This document shows, piece by piece, positions 51,641-64,000 of a DNA stretch of 64,000 nt. Numbering within the stretch: the stretch's first letter is position 1; every line of letters starts with the position of its first letter. Source of the stretch: Mobula hypostoma (Eukaryota). Under the pieces are notes generated by a model, which was given only the letters and a program-made list of their open reading frames with translations, searched no databases and was not told the DNA's origin. A program made the position numbers and the translations under genes. Location of the stretch: the NCBI RefSeq assembly GCF_963921235.1, contig NC_086097.1, positions 208,446,001 through 208,510,000 of the forward strand. The letters run 5' to 3'.

Positions 51641-52050
51641 ACCTGGAACCTCACTACTCTAACTGTGCAACAAGAAAGAAAGAAAAACTGAATGAAAATA
51701 TCTCTCTCTCTTCTCCTAAGCCTCTATGAGCCAAGGCCTGAACTCCACACTCTAACAATAGCCTGCTCCCCAAATGGCTGCTCTGCTTAAACCTTAACTT
51801 CTTTTTAATGGGCCTTGCCAACTACCTAATTATGCACTATCCTTGGGAACTGTGGCGCACAGAATGTCCCCAACTGCCCCTGCTGGCACCTTTTGAACTG
51901 TCTCTCCTGCTGCGCAATCCAATGTCTCCTTGGGAACTGCGGCACACAAAATAGGTGAAGCAAAAGTTTCAAAGCAGCACCATTCTGAACAAAAACTGCC
52001 TAATTAAGGCAAGAGTTATAGCCAAAGTTAAATAGGTTTTCTTATCTCAC

Positions 52051-52121
52051 CACTTTCTGCGGCATTCTTGATGCCCCCCTCATCTTCAAGGGAATCCACA
52101 GTAAGTCCAAAGATATCAAAC
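52051..52121 (-). CDS. LYPLA1: LYPLA1 coding exon 5 (FDIFGLTVDSLEDEGGIKNAAES)
   Basis: ccttag|...|gtgag, 71 bp; WFD..GL...EDE.GIK.AAE motif. Confidence 0.95.
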
Positions 52122-52224
52122 CTAAGGAAAAAAACATTTTTAAAGTAATTACATATACTTCTTGAGCTTTATTAAGTATTCAGTTTGGTTTAGACATGCT
52201 GCTCAGTTTTTAAAGGAATCACAA

Positions 52225-53602
52225 GAAAACATTTTGATTTGCTCCCTGGGAAGTTGTTGGAATTGATTGTTAGGAATGAAATTATGGAGTACCTGGAGGC
52301 ACATGACACGATAGGCCAAAGCCACCGTAGCTTCCTTAAAGGAAAATCCTGCCTGACTAACCTACTGCAACTTTTTGAGGAAATTATAAGCAGGGTAGAC
52401 AAAGGAGAAGCAGAAGATGTGGTGTACTTGGATTTTCAGAAGGCCTTCGACAAGGTACTGCACATGAGGCTGCTTAGCAAGGTAAGAGCCCATGGAATTA
52501 CAGGGAAGTTACTAGCACGGGTGGAGTATTGGCTGATCGGCAGAAAACAGAGAGTGGGAATAAAGGGATTCTATTCTGGCTGATTGCTGGTTACCAGTGG
52601 AGTTCCACAGGGGTTGGTGTTGGGACTGCTGCTTTTTACGATATTATGTCAATGATTTGGACTATGGGATTAATAGATTTGTGGCTGAATTTGCTGATGA
52701 TACAAAGATAGGTGGAATGGCAGGTAGTGTTGAGGAAACAGAGAGATTTAGATAGTTCAGGAGAATGGGCAAAGAAGTGGCAAATGAAATACAAAGTTGG
52801 AAAATGTATGGTCATGCACTTTGGTGGAAGAAATAAACAGGCAGACTAGTATTTAGGTGGGGAGAGAATTCAAAATGCAGAGATGCAAAGGGACTTGGGA
52901 GTCCTTGTGCATGATACCCTAAAGGTTAACCTCCAGGTTGAGTCAGTGGTGAAGAAGGCGTATGCAATGTTGGCATTCATTTCAAGAGGTACAGAATATA
53001 AGAACAGCGATGTGATGTTGAAGGTCTATAAGGCACTTGTGAGACCACACTTAAGAGTATTGTGTGCAGTTTTGGGCTCCTTATTTTAGAAAGGATATTC
53101 TGATATTGGAGAGGGTTCAGAGAAGATTCACTAGAATGATTCCAGGAATGAAAGGGTTACAGTATGAGGAACGTCTGGCAGCTCTTGGGCTGTATTCCCT
53201 GGAGTTCAGGAGAATGAGAGGTGATCTCATAGAAACATTCTGAATGTTAAAAGGCCTGAACAGATTAGATATGGCAAAGTTATTTCCCATGGTATTGGAG
53301 TCTAGGACAAGAGGGCACTACTTCAGGATTGATGGAAGTCCATTTAGAACAGAAATGCGGAGAAATTACTTTAGTCATAGGGTGGTAAATCTATGGAATG
53401 TGTTGCCACGAGCAGCTATGGAGGCTAAGTCATTGGGTGTATTTAAGGAGATAGATACGCCCTTGACTGGCCAGGGCAAAAAAGGGTATGGGGATAAGGC
53501 AGGGGAATGGGGGTGACTGGAAGAATTGGATCAGCCCATGATTGAATGGCGGAGCAGACCCAATGGGCCAAATGGCCTACTTCTCCTATATCTTATGGTC
53601 TT
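52225..53602 (+). mobile_element. CR1 LINE 3' part
   Basis: KGKSCLTNLL, YLDFQKAFDKV and LVRPHL motifs; CR1 3' UTR. Confidence 0.9.
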
Positions 53603-54062
53603 AATTCATGGTGTTCATAGCTTGCAGCCATTTGCTGCCTTTTTATGTCTCCTTTGAAGGCCTTATTACTGTTGTAATGCAGTTCCTTTATCACTTGTGT
53701 TTAGACTTTATCCTTGTGTACTTTTATTTTGATATTTATTTTTTAATGTTTCTATATCTCCACGTGGTATCTCCATGGATACTTTCTGCTCATAATGCTT
53801 GTGGGTTTTGCCTTTTCTTTAGATTTTGTTTGACTAACCTTATTCTTTAAAAAATTCATATTTAGTGGTACGTGGCATTGTATTAAACCATATTAATTAA
53901 AATTTACCTTATTATTTGATTCCTAATATTAATATTGATTTCTAAATCATATTGAATGTGCTATTCTAAAAAGACTTATACTACAAGATGAATATAATGA
54001 TTAATGCACTTCTGTACCAAAGGTGTCAATGCCCTTTAGTTTCTAAGTGCCAACAAAAGTTA

Positions 54063-54306
54063 GGTGCTGGTGGCGTAATGGCATCAGTGTCAGACTTCGG
54101 GATGAAAGGTCCCGAGTTCGAATTCAGCTGGCTCCCCTGCCGGGTTACGAGCTGGTGATCTCTTTAGATACTCACCCGGCAGAAGACAATGGCAAACCAC
54201 TGCTGTAACTTGCCTCATACATGGTTCCCTACTACGTCAGATAGGTGTGGAGGGAAATCGTCCGCTAACCGGAGAAACTCCGGATACGACGTACCTTTCC
54301 TTTCCT
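54063..54306 (+). mobile_element. tRNA-derived SINE with an RTE/BovB-like body motif
   Basis: A box tggcgtaatgg; B box gttcgaattc; aatggcaaaccact motif; (tttcc)n tail. Confidence 0.75.
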
Positions 54307-54529
54307 TGTTTATTAACTTAATTGCAAACAGGTGTTTAATGAATAGCTGCGTTATCTACATAAGCAAATTTTACTGTGGTAATTTTATGCTTAAACGATA
54401 AGTATTTCCAGAGTAACAACAAGGTGATGCATTTTGGAAAATCAAACCAACAAGAAAATCACCCGGAGCAGTTAAGTGCAATGCATAAAATACACTATAA
54501 ATTACAACTCTTATTGGTCAAATCAGTCC

Positions 54530-55318
54530 ATTGATGATGCTATATTACCTCTGCACTCCACTTCGTCCTGTCCCACCTGGAAAATGGTGCCTCATACGCC
54601 AGGGTGCTGTTTATTGACTTCAGCTCGACGTTTAATATGATCATCCCTTAGAAGCTGGTGGGATAAACTGTCCTCATTGTATCTCAACACCTCTCTCTGT
54701 AAGTGGATCTTGGACTTCTTGACAGAAGCACCACAGTCAGTTCGTGTTGACAGCAACGTCTCTAGCTCCATCACGCTGCTGATGCATGACTGTACTGCTA
54801 GATCCAGTTCAAACCAAATCATCAAGTTCCCTGATGACACAACAGTGGTTGGTCTCATAAACAACAGTGGCGAGACAGTGTACAGAGAGGAGGTAGAGTG
54901 GTTGGCAGAATGGTGCAGGTACAAGTACAACAACTTGTGTCTCAATGTGGAGAAGACTACAGAGATTATTGTGGACTTTAAGAAGGTGCTGACTGACCAC
55001 GCATCACTGTTGTGTTTGCTTGCTAAGAGAGCGGGTGTTGAGGGACCAGGTGAGATTGTCCATTATGTGCACTCCCAGCAACTTGGTGCTCATACCTCTC
55101 TCCATGGAGCTGCCATTTATATGCAGCTTCCATTTCTTGGGGAGATTGATGTGAGTGAGGCTCACCCCACCCTAATTTTAACCATTTTTTACAGGAACAC
55201 CATCAAGACCAGTTACATCACATCTGGTATAGGAATGCAAGGCATTTGACTGCAAGACCCAATAATGGATTATGAGGACGGCTGAGAGGATCATCAGGGT
55301 CTCTCTTCCACCTATCTG
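54530..55318 (+). mobile_element. Rex1-like LINE fragment containing a 120-bp internal inversion
   Basis: LCKWILDFL and [11 protein letters not shown] motifs; 55007-55126 is in the opposite orientation. Confidence 0.8.
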
Positions 55319-55319
55319 A

Positions 55320-55635
55320 GAAACCCCCTCTCACTGCTCACCCGCTGTGATCCCTGCTGCTCTCCAACTCTTTGACTATGTGTTTATCTAGACCCACTAC
55401 TCTCTTTACTTCATCCTTTCCCATCCAGATTTCACCTGTCACCTTGTGTTTCTCTCTCCTCCCCCCACCTTTAAATCTATTCCTCAGCTTTTTTTTCTCC
55501 AGTTCTGCCGAAGGATTTTGGCCCAAAATGTTGACTGTACTCTTTTCCTAGATGCTGCCTGGCCTGCTGAGTTCCTCCAGCATTTTGTATGTGTTGCTCA
55601 CATTTTCGGCACCTGCAGATTTTCTTTAGTTTGTT
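55320..55635 (+). mobile_element. Old Penelope-like pLTR with a decayed hammerhead
   Basis: cagttctgccgaaggattttggcccaaaatgttgactg followed by the gatgctgcctggcctgctgagttcctccagc tail. Confidence 0.7.
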
Positions 55636-55639
55636 ATCG

Positions 55640-57180
55640 GCTTTTTTAGTTGCTTTTTGTTGGTTTTTAAAAACTTTCCACTATTTTTATATGCCCGCTC
55701 CTTTCCTTTAATGCTATCTTTGACTTCCCTTGTCAGCCGTCCTCCCTTTGTAATGCGATGTACCTATACTGCGCCTTTCGAATTTTCTCCAAAAACTGCA
55801 AACATTGCTGTTCTGCCATCATCCCTGCTAGTGTTCCCTTCCAATCAACTTTAGCCAGCAGCTCTCTCATGCCTCTAAGTCCCATTATTCCATCATATCT
55901 GTATCTCCTCCCTCTCAAACTGCACAGTGAATTCTATCATATTATGATCACTGTCTCCCAAGGATTCCTTTACTTTAAGCTCCCTAATCAAATCCGTTAC
56001 ACAACATCCAATCAGGAATTATCTTCCCCCAAGTGAACTCAACCACAAGCTGCTCTAAAAAGCCATCTCAGAGGCATACTACAAACACCCTCTCTTGGTA
56101 TCAGCAACAACCTGATTACCCAACCTACCTGCATACTGAAATCCCCCATAACATTGGACTTTATACATGCCTTTTCTATCTCCCATTGTAATTATTTTCC
56201 CACATTCTGGCTACTGTTCGAAGGTCTATATATAATTCCAATCAGGGTCTTTTTACCCTTGCAATTTCTTAACCCTACCCACAAGGATTCTACATCTTCC
56301 GATCCTATGTCACCTCTTTCTAAAGACTTGATTTCTTTTTTTTTCTTTAAAAAGAACAGAGCCACCCCACTCCCTATGCCTACCTGCTTGTTCTTTCAAT
56401 AGAATGTGTAACCTTGGATGTTAAACTCCCAAGGTAGGATGTTTCAGCCACGACGCAGGGTTGTCCACAACATTGCCCTGCTAATCTCCAAGATATCTTC
56501 CTTACTCCATATATTGTGTGCATTTATTTATTGAGATAGGGCCAATTCCGAACTTCAAATCATGCTGCCCAGCAATCCCCCAATTTAATCCCAACCTAAT
56601 CTCAGGATAATTTACAATGAACAATTAACCTATCAATTAACACACCTTTGGACTGTGGGAGAAAACAGGAGCACCTGGAGGAAACCCTCACAGTCATGGG
56701 GAGAACGTACAAACTCCTCACAGGCAGCAGTGGGAATTGAACCAAGGTCACTGGTACTGTAAAGATTTCTGCTAACCACTACGCTACTGTGCCGCCCTGT
56801 ATAACACCTTCAGTCCTGTATTCATCACTCTTTTCGATTTTTCTCCCATGTTACACTGCAACCCATCCTACCCGACTGAAATTTTCCCTATCACCCGTTT
56901 GTCCTTCCTCAGTCTCACTACACACTGCATTTACTTATATTACCAACTCCCCCACCCTCAGCCTATCATTCCATTTCCCATCTTCCTGCCAAGTTAGTTC
57001 ATACCCTCCCCAACAGCTCTAGTAAACTGTCCATGAGCATAGTGATCCCCCTTGGGTTCAGGTGTAACCCGTCCTACTTGTACAGGTCATACCTTCTTCA
57101 GAAGAGATCCCAATGATCCAGAAATCTGAAACCCTGCCCGCTGCACCAGTTCCTCAGCCACACATTCATCTGCCAAAGTA
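55640..57180 (-). mobile_element. Degenerate CR1 with a nested V-SINE-like element (~56525-56797)
   Basis: RELLAKVDW and GGGVAL motifs; SINE head ggcggcacagtagcgtagtggttag on the minus strand. Confidence 0.7.
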
Positions 57181-57469
57181 ATCCTACTTTCATCCTCAGG
57201 CATATACCGTTACAATGTTTAAAAGATGTTTGGATAGGTAGTTAGATAGGAAATGAGTATGGGAATAGAGGCCTAAATGCAGGCAAGTGAAATTAGTATC
57301 ATGGCAGCCATGGTCAAGATAGACTGTTGTAGGCCCAATTTTTGTTGGACATTTCTATAATTGTTTGTTTAACATCACTAATGCCAAAAATTTTGTTCAT
57401 AATCTTCTATGCTTCCCGATGTTATGCAACACCACACTGGTTTGAATAATGTTCATTACAATCACTTAC

Positions 57470-57517
57470 CAGGATGGCATATGCATATGGAAGTTCATTG
57501 TGACAGGAGCCTTTGGC
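57470..57517 (-). CDS. LYPLA1: LYPLA1 coding exon 4 (PKAPVTMNFHMHMPSW)
   Basis: ttgtag|...|gtaagt, 48 bp; PVTxN...MPSW motif. Confidence 0.95.
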
Positions 57518-59605
57518 CTACAAAAAAAATACACAAATCACATGTTAGTAAATACCAAAAATATTTAAATCATAGTTTCTCAATTAAAACAAAAGAGAAA
57601 CGTTAAAACTTTTCTGCATCAATTTGTACTGTAAATGATAATACTAAAGTTCCATAGTACATTTGAAGCAGTTCAAAATGCTCAACAACTTCAAGTTTTC
57701 AACTGGCAAAGCAAATTCAAAATTATTACTTCTACTTTTATGAGAGGAATTGTCTCATTTGACTATATCCATGTATGGTTTGAATGGTAATTAAACTTAA
57801 TTTGATTTGATTATGGTAGAAAAAAGGATGAATCCCAGAGAACTTAGAATGCAAATACAAGAATAAATATAACACCTGCAACAAGTTTGCTCAAAACCAT
57901 AAATGCATGGTATAATGGTAAATTATAAAATTTAAGATGTGTGGATTTATTTGAATAGAACCTGAGATTTTAATGAAGAAAAACAAATTCCTGTTTAAGG
58001 AGATTTTCTGTTATAGAATGTGGACTGGCACATCAATAACTTATGGCCTATCAATAACTGCTCAGGAAAATAATGATGAGGGTCATTGTTAACTGCTATC
58101 TTCTGTCAATGCATTCCAACATTCAAAGCAAAGAGCCGAAGGATTTTGACACATGAATGATTATAATTTTCCCAGTCAGAATTGTGAGCAATGAGGGAAG
58201 TACGCTGATGCAAGTATTCCCATGCACTTGTTGATCTTAGTCCTTCACGACACTGAGGACTTGGATATCGAAGGAATGGTATGACAGGCTACTGAAATGC
58301 ATGACAGCAGATGAGCAAGAGAAGATAACAGTCAACTACATTGGTACGCGATTGGAGTCACATACAGGCCAAGAACAGCATATTTCCTTCTCTTTGAATC
58401 AACTATTGTTTTTTTTTAAAACAGCAATAGAATAGATTCATAGATTAACCATTACTGTTAAGTACTATTTCAATTTCAGAACTTAATTAATCAACAAATT
58501 AAAATCACAGTAGTGGGGATTAAAAGTACAGTTCTAGATAATTAGTCCACTGTATGTACCTCAAGTATTAATACAGTAGTGAACTGCTAAGTACCCCAAG
58601 CCTAAATGACTTAAATCTACTTCTGACAGGTTTGGAAATGGAAGGCTAATAAACAGACTCTAGAACATGGGTTCCCAAGCTGAAAGTAAAAGCAGATGGT
58701 ATTTGGTGTTGCTGATGAGCAAGTTAGTAAATTTGGCATTGGGATCAAGGTTTGAGTGATTGTTAATTACTATAAGGCAAACTTGGAGTAAACACAAAAC
58801 AAATCAAGGATTATATTAAATCTACCAATCATGAAACCAAATCATAACGATGTTCCCACTTATATCACAAATGATTTTTAGTTTTTTGACCTGAAGGTCT
58901 CGCTTTTCAGCTTTCTACCCAGCTCCGTATTTTCTCTCTTCAAAACCTCCTCTGTTTTTTTAAGATCTATGTTGTCAGTTTCAATATGTATTTTTTAGAA
59001 TACTGAGGCAACAGCAATAATTACCATGCCACTTACAATAAACAAACTACCAAAGGAAACAAAATATCATCCCATCTACTCCCAGAATCCCAAAGGAGTT
59101 TTCATTCCTAGTCACTTCCTCTTGGGAAAACCAAGGTGAAGATTGTTTGGCTCCAAAGTGGATTTCAATTAGCAGTGATAGATATTGATTTGACTGCACT
59201 GGATGACAATTCAATGGGTCTGAAACACTTGCAACTTTCCAGGAATTTATATTAACATTAAATTCCATCGTTGCAAATGATCCCTGCACATCTCATGCTC
59301 GTCTCTCTGATACCTTCATTAATAAACATATGTAAACATGCCTATCTGTATGTTGTCAGAATGCTTCCATCTTCTCTACATAAATAGTTGCAGTTTTTTT
59401 TCCGATTTGCTTTCAAAATTTAGTTAAACTGCATGTTTTTTCAGTTAGTAGGAAGCCAAATTAATTTGCTCAGAAAGCACATGCCATTGAAAACATATTT
59501 CATAATGTCATAGAATTATATAGAATAAAAGCTTTATTCTATTTTTCTGTCAATATTTAAATTAGTAAAGTTGGTCCATATTAAATTTTCCATTCAAGTA
59601 CTTAC

Positions 59606-59671
59606 GCATTTGGGCAAATGTACTTGATGTGTGGCATCTTAATGTTTGATAATCCTTCGGCCCAACCATAT
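59606..59671 (-). CDS. LYPLA1: LYPLA1 coding exon 3 (YGWAEGLSNIKMPHIKYICPNA)
   Basis: ttacag|...|gtaagt, 66 bp, phase-compatible with its neighbours; HIKYICP motif. Confidence 0.95.
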
Positions 59672-60574
59672 CTGTAAAATGCAAATATGTACCAGAAAAT
59701 AGTGCACATAAAAAAGTCACATTAAACATGATCTTGACACATACAGCTGCCCCAGGAAGGTATATATGGACCAAGAAATTGGAGAAAATGTAATGCCTTC
59801 TAAATCTGAAGTTCCATGTATTCTCATTTGAAGTGGAAAATATAAAGACAACTCTCTCAATTCTAAACAGCAAGTATTTGAAGTATGCAAGTAGAGATTT
59901 GGAAGTTGGAGTAGAACAAAATGCATGGTAGACTGAATAATTAAACTGTGCCTAATTTCTCAAGGGCAACAATCACAGTACATAGTTTCACAACATGAGA
60001 AATGTATCATGGTGTATGGTTCACATGGTGGTCTGTCCATACCATACTCACCACATCCACAGTACCACTTTTGTCCCACGTGGATGCATACTATGCCAAC
60101 TTCTTAGGCTGCAGGCTAGCAACAAAATCCTGAAGCCTACTGAGCATGGGAGCGGGAACCCAACTAAACTTGCAGAGGTTGTATAAACATTTTATTTTCT
60201 TCCCACTCATATTTGAAAGAGTTATGTCTCCAGGAAGAATGTGCAGCAAGTAACAGGATTATAATTTATTTTAAATGAGAACAGACCAATGCAGGAAATA
60301 CTAAACAGATTAGAAACATGAAGGGAAACAATTATCATTTCAGACCGATGACCTTAATTAGAAAGAAGTTCCAAATATACTGCCTGACCTGCTGAGTACT
60401 CCTAACACTTTCAGCTTTGCTTTCGTATTTCTAACATTTCCATTTTAATAAGACATGTTTATACTATCTATTTATATACAGCATACAGCATCAGGCATAT
60501 GAAAAAAGAATTCAAATGATATTTGGATTACAGCTGAGAATCCAGTAACACATGCAAACCAGTATCCCAAAAAT

Positions 60575-61010
60575 ATCAGTTCCAAGGGAACCAATATTCC
60601 TGGCTGGGAGATTTGCTAGTGCTACTCGGGAAGGTTTAAACTAGTTTGGCAGGGGATTGGAACAAGAGCACCAGGTCAGAAAGTGAAGGGATGGAGAGGA
60701 TGGTAGATGTCAGGACCAATATAAATGGACAGGAGCAAGGTAATAGATACGATGGGATGGATGGTTTGAAATGGATAAGGGTGCTGAATTTAAAGCATGG
60801 ATCAGTATATGTAACAATGATGTGGCCATTAGAGACTTGGTTTAGAAAGAGACAGGAATGGGTGCTTAATGTCCCAGGGTTTCGACGTTTTAGAAAAGAT
60901 AGAAAGGGACGTAAAAAAGGTGGGGGAGTGGCACTACTAACTGGGGACAATATCACAACTGCACTCAGAAGGGACATAATGGCGAGCTCGTCCACTGAAA
61001 GTGTGGGCAA
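60575..61010 (+). mobile_element. CR1 fragment (end of ORF1, start of ORF2)
   Basis: GTNILAGRFA..., ETW...LNVPGFRRFRKDR...KGGGVALL. Confidence 0.8.
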
Positions 61011-61166
61011 TGAAAATTGTACAGGAATACTTATTTTTTAACTGAAGGAAACAAAGCAAACTAACTTAAACATTTGCCTGTTGCTCTGGCCAAATGAGAA
61101 TCTTAACATGTCCACTAAAACATTGCAATATCCGACTAGTGTAGAACTTTTTTTGAAATCTCTTAC

Positions 61167-61198
61167 CCATTGTCTCCTAATCCGTGCAGAAAGATAAC
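61167..61198 (-). CDS. LYPLA1: LYPLA1 coding exon 2 (VIFLHGLGDNG)
   Basis: Minus strand reads ctgcag|GTTATCTTTCTGCACGGATTAGGAGACAATGG|gtaaga, 32 bp. Matches the APT1 motif VIFLHGLGD. Confidence 0.95.
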
Positions 61199-61522
61199 CT
61201 GCAGATAAAAGAACACACTGTAAAAATTTTCTCTAAAGTGATCTTACCTAGTTAAACACACAATTTGTGACTCTACTGACATCCCAAATAAAAATTTGCT
61301 CAGATTCTTTTTGCATGAAAATTGATAGACCTTTTCCAAATATTGAAGAAAATTAGGACAGCATTTCTTTTTGTTACGTGGTAGCACAATTTCCAGTCAA
61401 ATTTATTTACTGCCAAACCAAACTGTAACAAGATAAGGATTTGTACACAGACTAGCCCACTAGACTAAAACTAGCCTGAAATGGCTATTTTGTTCTAATA
61501 GAATATAGACCACTTCCATCTA

Positions 61523-63112
61523 CAGGTGTCCCCCGCTTTTCGAATGTTCGCTTTAGGAAACCTCACTGTTACGAAAGACCTACGTTAGTTCCCTGTTTTC
61601 GCTAACAGAAGGTGTTTTCACTGTTAAGAAAAAAGGTAGCGTGCGGAAAAAGCAGCGCGTGCCCCGAGCAGCTGCTCTCCCCTGGATTCAGAACGGCATT
61701 CTAGCCGGCATTGCTCAAGCACGTGCCTGTGAGCAGCCGTTTGCAAGGTAAGTTCTAAGGTATCAGAAAAGCCTAAAAGAGCTCTTAAGGGTGTTACACT
61801 TAGCATAAAACTAGACATAATTAAGCATTTCGATCGTGGTGAACAAGTAAGGACGAAGTGAGTTTGCCTTGTGGAAGTTGACGAAGATGATGTTGAAGAG
61901 GTTTTGGCATCCCATGACCAAGAACTGATAGATGAAGAGCTGATGCAATTGGAAGGAAAGGATAACAATCGAAACTGAATGTAGTAGCGAACGGACCGAA
62001 AGTGAAGTTGTCCAGGAATTGAATGTGATGCAACTGCGTGAGATTTTCGCTACAATGATAAAGTACGACTTTAATTTTGAAAGGGTACATCGGTTTAGGG
62101 CATATTTGCAAGATGGTTTGAGTGCTTACAAAGAACTGTATGGTAGAAAAATGCACGAGGCTCACAGTCAAGCATACTGTCGTTTTTCAAGCTTTCCACA
62201 TCAGCCACAGCAGACGACGGACCCCAACCTTCGACATCAAGGCAGGCAGACATCGAAGAAGATGACTTGCCTGCCCTGAACGACGATGAGATGACACCCC
62301 AGTGTCCCACCACCCCAACCCCTGGGCCGCGGACAGATACCGATTCATGAGAATGCAGCGGTAGCCGGGAGGCACCCAACACATCTTTAAGAAAAAAGCC
62401 AAAATAAACAAGCTAATTAATTAGGTGCTGCCCAGCATGTAAATGTCAGCCCAGATCAGAGCCGATTGCCGATTGCATTACCTCTGATCTGGGCCGACAT
62501 TTACGTGCCGGGCGGCACCTAATTAATTAGTTTGTTTATTTCGGCTTTTTTCTTAAAGATGTGCTGGGTGTGTCCTGGCTACCGCTGCATTCTTCGCGGA
62601 TTAGTATCGGTTGGCGGCCCGGAGGGTGGGGGCCACTGCACCACCCCAACCTCCAACGACTCAGCCTTACACACCATCATCAGTGTGCTCGATGTCTTCC
62701 TGATTCCCGTGATACTACATTGTACATGCATTTTTTCTACTTTATATAGGCTGTGTATTTTTAGGTGTTAATTGGTATGATTTGGGAGCTTCATAACTTA
62801 AAGGTTACTGGAGAGCACTTGCGCCGTGTTTTTGCCGAGAGCGCTTGTGTGAGATTTTCGCTATGGAGAACAGTGCAGGCAATGATTGTAGAGAAGTATT
62901 TCTACTTTATATAGGCTGTGTATTTATCATATCATTCCTGCTTCTACTCTATGCTACTGTTATTTTAGGTTTTATGTGTTATTTGGCATGATTTGTTAAG
63001 TTATTTTTGGGTCTGCGAACGCTCACAAATTTTTCCCATATAAATAAGTGGTATATGCTTCTTCACTTTACGATCTTCCAGCTTACGACCTTCGGATGGC
63101 GGTGGAAATCTG
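61523..63112 (+). mobile_element. Internally deleted Tigger/pogo-type DNA transposon
   Basis: TA TSD; left TIR caggtgtcccccgcttttcg and a degenerate right TIR; N-terminal KGVTLSIKLDIIKHFDRGE joined to C-terminal DEDDVEEVLASHDQELIDEELMQLE; the DDE core is missing. Confidence 0.85.
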
Positions 63113-63419
63113 TATAGCACAAAAGAATCTCAAATATCTCATTAAAGTAATACTTTTGGACCTTGTACTGCCCATCAAATATTTACATAGGCAATTGCAA
63201 TTTTGTATATTCAGATGAAAGCTTGATTAAAATTATGGTAGCGAAACTTTTGCCAGTAAGTTTTCATCATTCTAACATGAAAGCTGATCCTGAGCTGTGG
63301 TCACATTAGAAGTTTACCAACTGGGTGTAACTGGGTGCAAACAGTGAAGCAAACACAGAAAGAGGTAAATATGAAGTTCTGCGACAGAGGACAACAAGCA
63401 CACTGAACATCGTTATCTT

Positions 63420-64000
63420 TGGGGCCCTTTCCAATGCCAGCACATCTTTTCTTACATAAGTGGCCCAAAATTGCTCACAGTACTCCAAGTGCAGTCTGAC
63501 CAATGCCTTAGAAAGCCTCAACATTCGATCTTTGCTCTTATATTCTAGTCCTCCTGAAAAGAATGCTAATAATACATTTGCCTTCCTTACCACCAATGCA
63601 ACCTGCAAGTTAACCTTTAGAGAATCCTGCATGAGGACACACTTTATACCCTGATTTGTGAACTTTCTCCCCATTTAGAAAACAGTCTGTGCCTTTACTC
63701 CTTCTACCAAAGGGCACGGCCATACGATTACCTACATTATGTTCCATCTGCCACTTCCTTGCCCATTCTTTCCGATCTATCTAAACCCTTCTCCAGACTC
63801 TGTTTCCACACTACCTGCCCCTCCACCTATCTTAGTATTGTCTGCAAACATGGCCATAGATCCATCAATCCTATCATCCAAGTCAATGACTTGTAACATG
63901 AAAAGAAGCAGTTCCAACCATTGCGGAGTACCACCAGTCACAGGCACCAACCAGAATAAGCCTCCTTTATTCCCACTCTTTGCCTCCTGCCAGTCAGCCA
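63420..64000 (-). mobile_element. CR1 fragment
   Basis: LKVNLQV...LVRLHLEYCEQFW. Confidence 0.82.

Noticed and set aside
54063..54135. Functional tRNA gene
   Set aside because: No convincing acceptor stem, and it is followed by a SINE body and a simple-repeat tail.

Overview
Vertebrate genomic DNA that is very repeat-rich. The mix of CR1, Rex1-like, Penelope-like, L1/Tx1 and V-SINE-like repeats suggests a cartilaginous fish, possibly a ray (inference). One host gene is visible: LYPLA1 (acyl-protein thioesterase 1) on the minus strand, coding exons 2-9 from 61198 down to the stop at 28156, with canonical GT-AG junctions and an intact Ser-Asp-His triad. Exon 1 lies beyond the right edge of the window. 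Almost every ORF in the supplied track is a transposon fragment or an antisense shadow of one. The most interesting signals are catalytic-RNA motifs inside mobile elements. (1) A ~530-bp non-coding element (25651-26181, minus) begins exactly with a nearly complete HDV-like ribozyme fold carrying an extra hairpin inserted in L3. It lies sense to, and just downstream of, the LYPLA1 3' region. (2) Penelope-like elements carry minimal, dimer-type hammerhead ribozymes and repeatedly occur as head-to-head double-ended insertions within a single target-site duplication (6463-8861, 31593-34949, 49441-49618), plus one solo 148-bp hammerhead-bearing insertion. The window also holds multi-level TE nests, a three-copy hairpin module with a local inverted duplication, a mosaic Penelope copy and long fold-back structures inside LYPLA1 introns. 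Repeat boundaries without a stated TSD are approximate, and family names come from motif recognition, not database searches.
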